Translations under genes and position numbers: made by a program | Shown: piece by piece, positions 62,336-64,000 of the stretch | Layout: each line of letters opens with the position of its first letter | Numbering within the stretch: position 1 is the first letter of the stretch | Notes under the pieces: generated by a model | The model's database searches: none | Seen by the model: the letters and a program-made list of their open reading frames with translations, nothing else | What the model was told of the DNA's origin: nothing | DNA from: Carcharhinus longimanus | Lineage: Eukaryota | Assembly: GCA_030264375.1 (NCBI GenBank) | Contig: JASCQW010000109.1 | Coordinates: 37,875,919-37,939,918, forward strand | Direction: 5' to 3' | DNA: 64,000 nucleotides

Positions 62336-64000
62336 ATTTACTCACATCAGGCCCAGATGAAAATTGAGATATCACCAATTTCGCTGGTTTGAAAAGTTTG
62401 CACTCATTTTCTTAGTTTCACATCCAACCAGTGAGCATGTTTTACGGTTTTTTCATTTAAAAAAATGCTGAATTTCCTAAGTAAGTGATTATTATACATC
62501 AGTCAAACAATTTTCCACGATTTAAAATTTGGTGGCTTACAGACAGAGGATTGAACAACCTTCTTAAAAAAAGTGGATTTTTAATTTGCTCAGACTTGCT
62601 CGTGGGCTTAACCTTTCCAGGAACAACAAGACCTTGGCGCTGATAAGACATTTTTTGATACATGTTACACAATTTGTCACTGTGCACTGTAGGAGAGCTC
62701 AGTGGAATAGCTTTGAGCATTTTACACACCAAGACAGCTTCTGATGTTGTTTCTCTGCCATCCATTATTTAATGATTTCTGTCAGTGAATTGAGCTTCTC
62801 TAAGAACTCTTGCAGATCACAAAGACAGCAGCAAACCACAGTTCAGCATTAGGCATCAAAGACATTGACCATGGCTCCACGCTACAGTCTTGAAAATCTG
62901 TATATCCAACTGTTGTATTATTTCTCACACTCCCAAGATTTCAGACTTTGCCTAAGAGAGAGACAGAAATACTTTTCCAGTACATGTGTAAGATACTTGA
63001 GGGTCGATTTTAATTATGCCTGTCCAAAAGGAACAAGATTGGTGGGCAAGTGATTAAAATGTCAATTTCCTACTTAGGCTTTGCCCACATTCTTACTCCT
63101 TGCGGTTTTAGTTGACAGATTTTCAACATTATCGAGGTGCCTGGTGTAGTAGGCAAGCAGGGGCAGCATTACTTATTTTTTCACTGTCATTGCCCCTGTA
63201 ATGCAATTAGGACATGAAAGTAATTTTAGCAGTTGATTACCATAGTCATGCAGTTCTGGACCCACCAGTAAAATCTGGTGAGGCGCAGAAGTGGGAAAAA
63301 GACCAAGAATGTATGCAACATTTTAAAAAATGACTCCCTACTGAGCCAGCAGAAATGTCTTCCCCCCCGCCCCCCAGCTCAACCCCTTGCCACCAACCTT
63401 TCACCATTTTACCCTCATGTCCCTTCCAGTGGCCTCTTGGTGCCGAATTCCTGCACTCATAAGCTGGCCAAAGAGCAATTCCCATTAGATTCAGGCAGGA
63501 AGTCAACCTCACACAAGAAAGTCAAGCCCCGGAATTAAAATCTCTGCAGGTCTCATGCCATTAACTCTGGCTATTCTCTCACATGCCACACTCACAATGC
63601 AATTTAAAATCAAACTTTAATCATTCCTACTTGTCTATTCCATTCCCTCTCACCTTTTTTGTGGTTAAGGGTTTATTTGGTTCGATCAATCACTGACAAA
63701 TAATTTATTTGCAAACCAATGAATTGGAGATTTTGGATGAAATTTGTCCACAGCAATTATGCAAACAGGCTTAGATCAAATCAACAACTGATTTTTCAAT
63801 GCATCAGCTTTTTAGTTCCAATTGACTTGGAAAATATTACTAAGAATTTTTGTGCTTAATCAAGCAAAAATGATAGTGATACCAAGATCTGAATTTTCAC
63901 CAAAACAAAACCTCTCATGGTGAATCTAGCAGAAGTGCCTGAATATCAGAAGTCTCTCTAATCAAATACAACACTTAACCATTTTTGTCCAGGGGTGGTT

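Larger units (their letters stand above)
3067..64000 (-). other. PPP3CA: Part of PPP3CA intron 1 (canonical exon 1 lies beyond the window)
   Basis: No MSEPK...DRVVK-like exon 1 and no CpG island seen upstream of exon 2. PPP3CA intron 1 is very large in mammals. Confidence 0.8.

Noticed and set aside
1-64000. Prokaryotic-type systems (CRISPR arrays, operons, rRNA)
   Set aside because: No regularly spaced repeat-spacer arrays or dense coding regions; the sequence is vertebrate intron.

Overview
Vertebrate genomic DNA. The repeat content (V-SINE/HE1-type SINEs, CR1 with (TTCTATG)n tails, Deu-domain SINEs, Penelope-type elements) points to a cartilaginous fish, most likely a shark; this is inference. 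The only secure gene feature is coding exon 2 of calcineurin A alpha (PPP3CA) on the minus strand at 2866-3066. Positions 3067-64000 are therefore part of its very large first intron and 1-2865 is the start of intron 2. The intron is densely filled with decayed CR1, L2, RTE and Rex1 LINEs, SINEs, Harbinger transposase fossils and MITE-like elements, with 8 N-gaps. Best leads: (1) a 135-nt phase-1/phase-1 cassette-exon candidate at 44824-44958 that would add 45 aa in frame to the calcineurin N-terminus, with downstream RBFOX motifs; (2) fold-back Penelope-type elements carrying minimal hammerhead ribozymes, one with an intact core at 23877-23913, while both host-sense copies have core mutations; (3) a possible alternative first exon next to a near-consensus CTCF site at about 20.3-20.4 kb. 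Repeat boundaries are estimated by eye and family names come from recognition, not database searches.
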